A stretch of 26,526 nucleotides of DNA, taken from Thermomicrobiaceae bacterium. Lineage in GTDB: Bacteria > Chloroflexota > Chloroflexia > Thermomicrobiales > Thermomicrobiaceae. Below, in pieces: positions 8,757-17,383 of this stretch. Every line of letters starts with the position of its first letter. Within the stretch, counting starts at the first letter, position 1. The notes under the pieces are model-generated. The model had not been told where the DNA came from, made no database searches, and saw nothing but the letters and a program-made list of their open reading frames with translations. A program made the position numbers and the translations under genes. Where the stretch lies: NCBI GenBank assembly GCA_040904465.1, contig JBBDTL010000172.1:1-26526 (forward strand), read 5' to 3'.

Positions 8757-8787
8757 AACCCGGCGGGATTCACCCGCCGGGTTTTTT
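8757..8787 (+). terminator. Rho-independent terminator
   Basis: AACCCGGCGGG-ATTCA-CCCGCCGGGTT stem running into a T6 tract. Confidence 0.8.
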
Positions 8788-8820
8788 AGTGGCTTTTCCG
8801 GATGTCAGGGGGCGTATGCC

Positions 8821-9720
8821 TCAGCCGAGATCGCTGAAGATCTGCGATCGGTGCACGGCCATTCCGGCCATCGCTCCGTCCGCGATCGCAAAGGTAATGC
8901 TTCCTGCGGCTCTCGCCAGATCGCCACATGCGAAAGCGCCCTCGACGGAGGTCCCTTTCATCTCGTCAGTCTTGATAATCGTCCCGAGCGGGGTTTCCAT
9001 GAGCTCGCACCCCAGCGCTTCCGCCGCCGGGCTGGCAGGTTTGATCGTTGATGCGACAAACAGGCCAGCCAGTTCGTAGATGCGGCCATCACGAAGATTC
9101 ACATTGGCCATCGTCCCGGTACCAGTGATCTCACTAACCGGCTCTCGTTTAATTGACACATTCCGAGCTTCGAGCTGCCTCACCTGGTCCTCATCGGGAT
9201 CGATAACCTCGTTGGTGAAGAAGGTCGTTGGTCCCCATTCAGGGATGAGAAGCGCCTGATGCATCGACATCTCGCCCGTCGCCAGAACACCAAGCGGGCC
9301 GTTGTCAAGCTCGTAGCCATGACAGTACGGGCAGTGGAAGACCAACTTGCCCCAGCGCTCCGCCAGTCCCGGGATCTCGGGGAGCTCGTCACGGACACCG
9401 GTCGCCAGCACGAGCCGCCTGGCATTCAACACCTCTCCTGCATCGCTGTGGACGATGAATTCATCGCCGGATTTCTCGACATGTATTGCTGCCCCTTCAA
9501 CCCAGGTGACGTTCGGGTACTTGAGTAGTTGAGCCCTGGCTTCGTTCGCGATCTCCGCCGGTGATCTCCCGTCCTGTCCAAGCAGCCCGTGAGAGCTTGC
9601 CGCGAAGCGATTCCGGCGCTCCCCGGCATCGATCACCAGAACAGTCCTTCGTGCCCGGGCAAGCTGCAAGGCAGCGGCCATCCCGGCATAGCTTCCCCCG
9701 ATGATAATGGCGTCAAACAT
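8821..9720 (-). CDS. NAD(P)/FAD-dependent oxidoreductase, thioredoxin-reductase-like (CPYC)
   Basis: IIIGGSYAG FAD motif, LVLATG, FHCPYCHGYE redox motif, FACGD. ATG 9720 overlaps the Rrf2 stop; alternative start 9741. Confidence 0.9.
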   Translation of the reverse strand: MFDAIIIGGSYAGMAAALQLARARRTVLVIDAGERRNRFAASSHGLLGQDGRSPAEIANEARAQLLKYPNVTWVEGAAIHVEKSGDEFIVHSDAGEVLNARRLVLATGVRDELPEIPGLAERWGKLVFHCPYCHGYELDNGPLGVLATGEMSMHQALLIPEWGPTTFFTNEVIDPDEDQVRQLEARNVSIKREPVSEITGTGTMANVNLRDGRIYELAGLFVASTIKPASPAAEALGCELMETPLGTIIKTDEMKGTSVEGAFACGDLARAAGSITFAIADGAMAGMAVHRSQIFSDLG

Positions 9721-10195
9721 CGTCGTACTCCCCGCATCCATGTATTTGCTCCTTGTCACGGTATAAATGGTGGTCGGGGAGGTGCTGGCGAACATCCTCG
9801 CTCAACTCGGCCAGCGTCACTTCACGAAAGCGAGCCAGAAGCACCGCCTCGGCATCCTGAAACGCCTGATCCATCGCTGTGTTAACGGCCTGTTCAACGA
9901 GGCAATCGGGAGATTCAGATCGATTTCCCATTGCGATAATCGCTGGTCTGTCCAGCGCTACGTAAATATCGTGGAGCGTCACAGTCCGGAGATCGCGGGC
10001 AAGCCGCCAACCGCCGCCATGTCCTTTCTCGGATACGACAAAGCCTTGCTTGCGCAGTCCCGACAGAATCCGGCGGACGACCACCGGGTTGGTCTGCATC
10101 ATTCTCGATAGTGCGTCCGACGTCACCGGTCCGTCTGCCCGCGACATGTGTAGAAGAATGTGGAGCACCCCGGATAGTCTGCTGTCTCGTTTCAT
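9713..10195 (-). CDS. Rrf2 family transcriptional regulator
   Basis: MKRDSRLSGVLHILLHM...TNPVVVRRILSGLRKQGFVVSEKGHGGGWRLAR winged helix; lacks the three-Cys Fe-S ligand set. Confidence 0.92.
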   Translation of the reverse strand: MKRDSRLSGVLHILLHMSRADGPVTSDALSRMMQTNPVVVRRILSGLRKQGFVVSEKGHGGGWRLARDLRTVTLHDIYVALDRPAIIAMGNRSESPDCLVEQAVNTAMDQAFQDAEAVLLARFREVTLAELSEDVRQHLPDHHLYRDKEQIHGCGEYDDV

Positions 10196-10212
10196 GGTCG
10201 CTCTCCCACTTC

Positions 10213-10243
10213 ATTTCATGTAACTTATGATATTACATGAAAT
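10213..10243. promoter_or_regulatory. Candidate Rrf2 operator (11-9-11 inverted repeat)
   Basis: ATTTCATGTAA-N9-TTACATGAAAT, perfect arms, 18 bp upstream of the Rrf2 start. Confidence 0.7.
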
Positions 10244-10336
10244 AGCCAAGCGCAAGGCACGTCGGAGTTTAGTCCCGGTATCATGGGATTTTCGTCAGGT
10301 GGGAGTTGTGTCGTGTCGGGTGAACCGCCACGCTAC

Positions 10337-11086
10337 CTAGGCGACTGCTTCTTCGATCTCAGACGGGAAACCTGCGTTGGTGAACACCTGCTGGATGTCG
10401 TCCAGCTCTTCCAGTGCTTCCATCAGCCGAATCGTCTTCTGCGCGTCCTTCTCTTCGAGCTCGACCGTGTTCTGTGGTAAACGGGTTACCTCGGCCTGCT
10501 CGATGGTCAGATCGCCTGATTTCAGGTGCTCGGTGACCTCGGTGAGTGAGGATGGTGCGGTCGTCACGAAGATTGCGTCCTCGGTGGGATCAACATCACT
10601 GGCACCGGCGTCGATCGCCATCATGGCGACATCGTCCGCGTCAACGCCGTCCGCCGGGATGATGATCTGGCCTACCGTATCGAACTGCCAGGCAACGCAA
10701 CCGGTCTCACCGAGTGTTCCGCCGTTCCGGTTGAAGGCAGTGCGCACTTCAGAGGCGGTCCGGTTGCGGTTGTCTGTCAAAGCAATCGCCATGATGGCGA
10801 CTCCGCTCGGGCCATAGCCTTCGTAGAAGACCGTCTCGTAGTTGACGTTGTCCGAGCCGGCTCCGCTCGCTTTGGCGATCGCGCGCTCGATGTTGTCGTT
10901 TGGCATCGATTCGCCCTTGGCTCGGTCGATCGCCATTCGCAACCGGGCATTGGCGTCCGGGTTAGGGCCACCTTCACGCACGGCGACAGAGATCTCACGT
11001 CCGAGTTTGGTGAAGAGCTGGCCACGCTTCTGGTCGTTGACGCCCTTCTTTCGTTTGATCTGTGACCACTTTGAGTGACCAGCCAT
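10337..11086 (-). CDS. yebC: YebC/PmpR family protein
   Basis: [43 protein letters not shown]. Confidence 0.96.
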   Translation of the reverse strand: MAGHSKWSQIKRKKGVNDQKRGQLFTKLGREISVAVREGGPNPDANARLRMAIDRAKGESMPNDNIERAIAKASGAGSDNVNYETVFYEGYGPSGVAIMAIALTDNRNRTASEVRTAFNRNGGTLGETGCVAWQFDTVGQIIIPADGVDADDVAMMAIDAGASDVDPTEDAIFVTTAPSSLTEVTEHLKSGDLTIEQAEVTRLPQNTVELEEKDAQKTIRLMEALEELDDIQQVFTNAGFPSEIEEAVA

Positions 11087-11274
11087 GATTGATCATCCTC
11101 TCTGGCGGACTGTGATGCTCGTGAAGTGACTATTTCGCTGTGCTCATATGTTCATTCATCGTTGCCGGGCAGGCCCGGAGGATTGTGGGAATGGATACCC
11201 TTGCGCGTTCAGCATTCCTGCCGTGGCGACTATTAATGATTCCATGTAGTCATCACCCATTGCCACCGCGGCGA

Positions 11275-11754
11275 TTACCAGGCTCGCAGCACCAGGCGGA
11301 CATCGCCTTCCTCGGTTCGTTCCCGGACGTACTCCACATCGGCGCCATCTGCGATTGCTCCCAGTATGTCATAGATCCGGTCGGCTGCTTCCTGGTCAGT
11401 AGCCAGCAGTTCCTGCCAGTCAGCGGCGTCCATCCCGATCTCGAACCGGTCGGACAGCCCTTCCAGCATTGCGCCTCCCGGAAAGGGCTCGACGATGACC
11501 TCGCTGTTCTCAGGGCTTGTCTGGGTTGATTTGATCCGGCAGCCCATCGCTTCGAGCGTCAGGATCATACTCAGCATCGCCCCTTCGACTCCCTGAGCCC
11601 CGAGGCCGGCCCATGCCCGGCTGAGTCTGGTGCGCGCACGGTCAACGAAACTCGTTTGATTGCTCGCACCCTCCACCGCGATCACCGCAATATTGGCCAG
11701 CATGAAGCGGCTCCAGGCCAGATGATCCTGCTCGTTGAACTGCGTTTCGCTCAC
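11275..11754 (-). CDS. Hypothetical protein
   Basis: 159-aa ORF, GTG start after AGAAAGAAGG, codon use like its neighbours. Confidence 0.65.
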   Translation of the reverse strand: MSETQFNEQDHLAWSRFMLANIAVIAVEGASNQTSFVDRARTRLSRAWAGLGAQGVEGAMLSMILTLEAMGCRIKSTQTSPENSEVIVEPFPGGAMLEGLSDRFEIGMDAADWQELLATDQEAADRIYDILGAIADGADVEYVRERTEEGDVRLVLRAW

Positions 11755-11885
11755 ATCGACCTTCTTTCTCCGATTGCCGGGTGACGGTCACTCCTGAGAC
11801 CAGTGTTGGAACATACAACAGAGGTTCAGTTCGTGTGTCCCTCTGTCATCACTGATTCTGGCCTGTGAGACTGGGATTTGTCACC

Positions 11886-12403
11886 TGTTGATAAGTTTTT
11901 TCTGATTGTGGATAAGCCGAATTCTTCGTGGATAAGTTCGCGGATAATCCGTCCTGGCGTCAGGATAGTGTGCGTACAATCTCATCCGCAGTGTGGACGA
12001 ATTTTCCGGTGACACCTGTCAAATGCAAGCCGTCCACATTCCAACAATGGTTTCCATCCGCCCTCTCAACATCGGATTGAGACCCGTTTCCCGATGCCTT
12101 CAAGGCCCTTCCTGGTTGTCCTGTTTTTCCACACCTCTACTGTGACTACTGTTAATTATCTGCATACTATTTTAAAGCGCACATAACGAGATCCCCGGAT
12201 AACTTGCGGATAATTTTCCCCCTGAACATAATCACTGTGTGCCCCCGGAATGTTATGTTACCTAGTAGGCGATCGTCGGGGTCCGGTGATATGGCAACCG
12301 CTCGAAGTCCCAGTGCCGGCCGAGATTCCAGAGGTACCAGTCGACCACGGCGGATGGTACTGGTATTTCTCTGACGATTGTGGATAACGTTATGTTATCC
12401 ACA
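11886..12403. other. oriC: Probable chromosomal replication origin (oriC)
   Basis: About 500-bp AT-richer intergenic gap with DnaA boxes: TGTTGATAA 11886, TGTGGATAA 11907 (perfect), CGTGGATAA 11927, CGCGGATAA 11939, TTTTCCACA 12125, TGCGGATAA 12205, plus perfect boxes at 12379 and 12395. Trio-like run and AT-rich tract at 12137-12176. Confidence 0.8.
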
Positions 12404-13260
12404 GCGATGATCGTGGCCGCCCGGATTTCGACCTCAAACGGGTCCCCGGCAGGTATGTGTTCCCGTCGAATCAGCTTCTGTTCGAGTTCCGATGAGTAGC
12501 GAAGCACACCCAGCTGGTGAAGCACCTGAGGAACCTTGTAGTCAGCGAATGCCGTCAAAAACGAGAGATCGTCGAAGAGAACCTCTCCGCGTGACTCGAA
12601 GGCGGCTGACAGATCGCCAACCAGGATCTGAGCGCGTTTATAGAACGGGATCGTCCGTCCGTCACAGGTTCGGACATCGATGAAGGAGGGGAACAGTGAG
12701 ATGACTCGTCGCAAGAGCTCTGGTCCGGAATTTTCGGCCTGGCGAACGCAGTCAAGAAAACGACCATTATGCTCGCGTACCAGTGATTGTCCGGCTTCCC
12801 GGAGATTGTGTACCCGCGAGGAAAACAGGGGAATGACCGACTCTCCGCGGAGAATGTGGGCAACGTCGGCTGCCGGGATCGTCGCCAGATAGGTGGCGTC
12901 GGTGATCGGGTAACCCTCAAGCAAAGCGCGTCTGAGCGCGTACACCAGGGCCTGATAGCCGTTGTGGGATGTCCCCTCCCATGCAACCTTCCAGCGTGGA
13001 TCGCCCCAGAAATAGAAGTTCAGGGCATCGAGCACCAGGACGAAGTTGGCTATCTCGTCATCGGTGAGCTCCAGCTCTCCCAGGTGGTCGGCCGACCAGG
13101 ATGTGGCTTGAGGCAGTGAAGGCGTGTTGATTATCTGCTGGGCGACCTCGTGAACTCGTGGTTGGTCGATGCGGACATGCCTGGATCGATCCATCACAAA
13201 GCGTGAAGCGGTTCGAACCCCGAGTGGGTCAGATAACGAGTGCATGGTGTACTCTCTCAC
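12262..13260 (-). CDS. Queuosine salvage protein (Q_salvage/DUF2419, Qng1-like nucleotide N-glycosylase)
   Basis: LDALNFYFW, FYKRAQILVGDL, LTAFADYKVPQVL, EVEIRAATI, DWYLW, PYHRTPTIAY. Start may be ATG 13245. Confidence 0.88.
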   Translation of the reverse strand: MREYTMHSLSDPLGVRTASRFVMDRSRHVRIDQPRVHEVAQQIINTPSLPQATSWSADHLGELELTDDEIANFVLVLDALNFYFWGDPRWKVAWEGTSHNGYQALVYALRRALLEGYPITDATYLATIPAADVAHILRGESVIPLFSSRVHNLREAGQSLVREHNGRFLDCVRQAENSGPELLRRVISLFPSFIDVRTCDGRTIPFYKRAQILVGDLSAAFESRGEVLFDDLSFLTAFADYKVPQVLHQLGVLRYSSELEQKLIRREHIPAGDPFEVEIRAATIIAVDNITLSTIVREIPVPSAVVDWYLWNLGRHWDFERLPYHRTPTIAY

Positions 13261-13331
13261 TCAACGACAGCTGAGTTGATTGTGACGCTGGTTGGACGTC
13301 GAAACAAGTTCCGGAAAGCGAGTGAGCCTGC

Positions 13332-14399
13332 ATGGTCGACCGTATGAGCCCTCAGGAACGGGTCGAGGGATTTATTCAGGAGATGCCAAAGGTTGAGCTG
13401 CATGTTCACCTGGAGGGCGCGGTACTCCCGGAAACCCTTCTGCGTCTTGCGGAGAAGCATGATGTCGATCTCCCGGCGAAGGATCTCGATGGCATCCGTG
13501 AGTTCTATACCTTCCGGGATTTCGACCACTTCGTTCGTGTCTACATGAAAATAAACGATTGTCTGGTAACCCCAGAAGATGTCGGGCTGATCACCGAAGA
13601 GCTCGGCAATGAAGCTGCCCGCCAGAACATTCGCTATCTTGAGGTGACGATCAGCCCGGGGACGCTTACCTACATTCACGGGATGACATTTGACGAGATT
13701 CTGGAGCAGATCAATGCCGGCGCAGACCGGGCATACAGAGCTCACGGCGTGCGGATGCAGTATGTGCTTGACGTCATTCGTGATATGCCGCCGGATGTCC
13801 GGGAAGCAGGCGCGCGGTTTGCGGTAGAAGCGATGGATCGGGGAGTCGTCGCGCTGGGGCTTGGTGGCACTGAGGCGAAGTACCCGCCAGAGCAGTTTAC
13901 GGACCTGTTTGCTCTGGCCCGGCAGGCCGGGTTGCCGAGCGTGCCCCACGCTGGCGAGACGGCCGGACCCGACAGTATCTGGAACGCATTGAAATTGCTC
14001 GATGCGGTGCGGATCGGGCATGGGGTGCGGGCGATCGAGGATCCGGCGCTGATGGAGTATCTGGTCGAGCATCAGATACCCCTTGAGGTCTCGCCGACCA
14101 GCAATATCTGCATCGGGGTATTTGATTCCTGGGACGAGCATCCGATGCGGAAGCTGTATGATGCCGGGATACCGGTATCGGTGAATAGCGACGACCCGCC
14201 AATGTTCAATACGACGCTGACGCAGGAGTACAGGGAGCTGGTCGACCGGTTCGGATTCAGCGTGACTGAGCTTGAGTCAATCACGCTTGGCGCACTGAAG
14301 CACTCGTTCCTTCCGGCTGATGACCGGCGCGCCATGATTGATGAGTTTCGGTCGGAGTTCCAGCGTCTCCGTGAGAAATTCGCCATTGACTTTCAATAG
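13332..14399 (+). CDS. add: Adenosine deaminase
   Basis: PKVELHVHLEG, HAGET, RIGHG, LEVSPTSN, VNSDDP. Confidence 0.93.
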   Translation: MVDRMSPQERVEGFIQEMPKVELHVHLEGAVLPETLLRLAEKHDVDLPAKDLDGIREFYTFRDFDHFVRVYMKINDCLVTPEDVGLITEELGNEAARQNIRYLEVTISPGTLTYIHGMTFDEILEQINAGADRAYRAHGVRMQYVLDVIRDMPPDVREAGARFAVEAMDRGVVALGLGGTEAKYPPEQFTDLFALARQAGLPSVPHAGETAGPDSIWNALKLLDAVRIGHGVRAIEDPALMEYLVEHQIPLEVSPTSNICIGVFDSWDEHPMRKLYDAGIPVSVNSDDPPMFNTTLTQEYRELVDRFGFSVTELESITLGALKHSFLPADDRRAMIDEFRSEFQRLREKFAIDFQ

Positions 14400-14590
14400 G
14401 TGCGTACGTACGATAGTTTTGTACAATAGGTTTGGGAGTATTGGGCTATCGTCGGGATATTGAGTCAGTTATGGTGACCTCCGTATACTTGTAGGACGCA
14501 AAAAGGCGAGCGAATGTTGCTTGCCGTCTGAAACATGCTGGCGTTCATTTCCAGGTCAGCGGCGTTTCCCGTCAGTGAGGAATTGAGGTA

Positions 14591-17383
14591 GTGATGGCCG
14601 AAGTGCTACTCACACAGGCTGTCAATCAGGCCGAAGAGGCGATCGAGTCCGGCAATTATGGCGGGGCGATTGAGACCTGTCAGCGAATTCTCGGGCAGTT
14701 CCCGGAGTTTGCCGGCGCACACCGGATCATGGCCGAGGCGTATGCCGAGCAAGGTGATCTGGAATCGGCCCGAGAGGCATTTCATCGAACGCTGGAGCGT
14801 GACCCGCAGAGTATTCCGGCGCATCTGGGCCTTGGGATGCTTACGGAGGATGCCGGGGACCGGGAGTCGGCACTGGCCTATTTCCAGGTTGCCTGGGAGA
14901 TCGATCCCCGCCGGCGTGATCTCCGGGAGCAGGTGAGCCGGATCTCGCAGCAGCTTTACGGTGCTGACGGCCGCCTCTACCTGACTCGAGCAGCCCTGGC
15001 GTCACTGCATTTCCACGCCGGTCGCTGGGACCGCGCTGTGAACGAATCGGCTCAGGTGCTGCAGGAGTTCCCGTCCCGGATTGATGTTCAGGTTCGTCTG
15101 GCTGAGGCACTCTGGCGTCGTGGTGATGACCAGCAGGCGAAGCAGGTAGGCGCCTCGATTCTGCGGCTGTTGCCATCAGCAGTGGTCCCACTTCTGGTGC
15201 TTGCAGATATTTACCGCCATGAGGGTGATCGCGGTGCTGCGGCTGACTATCTCAAACAGGCCCGGAATATTGATCCGGATGGGGTCCGAGCCGCTGATCT
15301 CATTATGGTCGGTTTTGACGATCAGGCCGATTTCCTATCGGTAGATTCAATTCCGACGATTGATGATCAGATCGTTCATGAGGAGCCGGCGCGTTACGCC
15401 CGTGCCCCTGACTTCAGCGCGGCTGATACGGATGAGCCTGCGTACGTGGATCATTCGGCCGAGCCAGAGGATGTCGTTGTTCCGCCCGAGGCACCGTACT
15501 CGCCGCCGGTTGAGCCGCAAGGAGTGCGGCCGTTCAGCTGGGACGACATCGGGGATGAGGATCTGGAAGCGTCGGATCTTGATGTTCCCGCCGATGATCT
15601 GGCGGCTGATGCAACTCAACCCTCCACGGATTTCTCACTACCGACGGATGAAGAGCTTGAGCGGGCGCGGCCTTCAGGTGAGCGGCCGGCTGGATTTACC
15701 GGCATGTTGAACTCTCTCGATTCTGAGGGTATGCAGCCATTCGATCCATCCGGTGGCGGCCCGGAACCGTCCGGAGCGGAGCAAGGATCCAGCGGATCGG
15801 CGCCGGAACCTGACTGGATGGATATGCCGCTGCCGACCGATGAGGAGTTAGAACAGTCGCGACCCAAGACAGAGGAGTTGTCGAGTCACTCTGGTGTGCT
15901 CGATTCGCTTGATCTGGAAGGCATGGAACCATTCGATCCGTTCGGTGACGAGCAACCGGCACAGGCACGTCCTGCGTATGAGTCGAGTCAGGCTGCCGAA
16001 GTGGCTCCGGAGTCAGAGCCAGAAGTTGCACCAGCGGAAGACTTCATGGAGGACATGTCTCTTCCGTCGGACGAAGAGCTCGAACGGGCGCGGCCAGCCG
16101 ATGAGCGTCCCGCCGGTTTTACCGGGATGCTGAGCTCGCTCGATTCCGAGGGGATGACACCGTTTGACCCCGAAGGCGCTACGGACTTGCCGCCCGAGCT
16201 GCCGATTGAATCGGGAGATGACCCCATTTCCGGTCATGGTGTGTCAGAACCCGAGCCGGAAGTCGAATCGGAAGAGTCCGGTGGTGCGATCGATCTCTCT
16301 GATATGGGCGAAGAGTCGCCATTCCAGATTGACTGGTCTCAGATCGATGGTGAAATTGAAGAAGCGATTCCTGGTGAGATGCCCCGTGGATACACAGATG
16401 ATCTGCGGGGACTGGACGATTTCGGACTTGAACCATTTTCGTTCGAGGATCTATCGGCTGAAGCGCCAGAGGAACCAGCTGGTGAAGAAGTGGTGGCTGG
16501 TGCGGACGAACTGGATCTCGATCGACTGACCGCCGGGTGGGATCAGGAGAGCGATGATTCCAGCCTTCCTCCTTCACCAGATGTGGAAGAGCTCGATTCG
16601 GTTGGTGTGACGTTTGATGAAGAGCAGGCTCGTGAATTCTCGGAGACAGAGTTGCTAAGCGCTGACCGGCTCAACGAGCCGTCAGCTGCGGAGTCCGGGC
16701 TGACTGCAGGAGAGGACTGGGAGCTAGACGAGTTGCTGTCCTCTGCTGAAGGGGTCGGCGATGAATGGGGAGCGTCTGACATCGCTGATCCTGGGATGCC
16801 TGAGACGCCGGAGACTCTGCTGTTCGACGATACCGGTCATGAACTTTCGACGGGTGATGAAGATGTGCATGAGGCCGTTTCGTCCGTCGGTGCTAGTGGG
16901 ACGTCGCGGGTCGTCGGGATCAGCGTATCGCCCGAGCGTCTGGGGCTTGATGAATCGCTTGTCAGTCGAGTGCGTCAAATGAAGCAGACACTCATTGAGC
17001 AGGGGCGTATTGGCGGAAAGGTGTTGCTTCCCGGGACGGGAGCGTCAATCGAATCACTGCGGCGGGCAGTTGAGAACGAGCCGGCGCATATTCAGCACCG
17101 TATCGCGCTCGCCAGCGCACTGGTGCAGGAGCATCCAGATGATGCACTGGAGCAGTTCCGCTGGGTTTACCGGAACGCTCCGGATCACGGGGTTGAGATC
17201 GTCAAAGATCTGGGTCGATTGATTGACGTGATGCGGGAGCGTGAGGTGGGCGTACATCGATTGCTCGGGGCGCTTTATCGGCGCCACGGTGATTGGCTTG
17301 CGGCGGCGAATCACTACGAGGAATCGTTGACCAGCAAGCGAGGCTCTTCGGCCGAGAGAATTGTTCGTGGGCGCCATGGATGA
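14591..17383 (+). CDS. TPR-repeat protein with long acidic low-complexity linker carrying internal repeats
   Basis: N-terminal TPR-like helices (about aa 1-230), D/E/P/S-rich middle with three clear ~42-aa repeats, C-terminal TPR-like helices. Confidence 0.85.
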   Translation: MMAEVLLTQAVNQAEEAIESGNYGGAIETCQRILGQFPEFAGAHRIMAEAYAEQGDLESAREAFHRTLERDPQSIPAHLGLGMLTEDAGDRESALAYFQVAWEIDPRRRDLREQVSRISQQLYGADGRLYLTRAALASLHFHAGRWDRAVNESAQVLQEFPSRIDVQVRLAEALWRRGDDQQAKQVGASILRLLPSAVVPLLVLADIYRHEGDRGAAADYLKQARNIDPDGVRAADLIMVGFDDQADFLSVDSIPTIDDQIVHEEPARYARAPDFSAADTDEPAYVDHSAEPEDVVVPPEAPYSPPVEPQGVRPFSWDDIGDEDLEASDLDVPADDLAADATQPSTDFSLPTDEELERARPSGERPAGFTGMLNSLDSEGMQPFDPSGGGPEPSGAEQGSSGSAPEPDWMDMPLPTDEELEQSRPKTEELSSHSGVLDSLDLEGMEPFDPFGDEQPAQARPAYESSQAAEVAPESEPEVAPAEDFMEDMSLPSDEELERARPADERPAGFTGMLSSLDSEGMTPFDPEGATDLPPELPIESGDDPISGHGVSEPEPEVESEESGGAIDLSDMGEESPFQIDWSQIDGEIEEAIPGEMPRGYTDDLRGLDDFGLEPFSFEDLSAEAPEEPAGEEVVAGADELDLDRLTAGWDQESDDSSLPPSPDVEELDSVGVTFDEEQAREFSETELLSADRLNEPSAAESGLTAGEDWELDELLSSAEGVGDEWGASDIADPGMPETPETLLFDDTGHELSTGDEDVHEAVSSVGASGTSRVVGISVSPERLGLDESLVSRVRQMKQTLIEQGRIGGKVLLPGTGASIESLRRAVENEPAHIQHRIALASALVQEHPDDALEQFRWVYRNAPDHGVEIVKDLGRLIDVMREREVGVHRLLGALYRRHGDWLAAANHYEESLTSKRGSSAERIVRGRHG

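Noticed and set aside
13257-14141. 294-aa minus-strand ORF and similar long antisense ORFs (3084-3809, 6198-6917, 18653-19333, 23983-24867)
   Set aside because: They overlap well-supported genes on the opposite strand, as expected in high-GC DNA, and show no motifs.
15629-16180. Nucleotide-level repeats that could suggest a CRISPR or VNTR array
   Set aside because: In-frame protein repeats with synonymous divergence and long, variable coding spacers.
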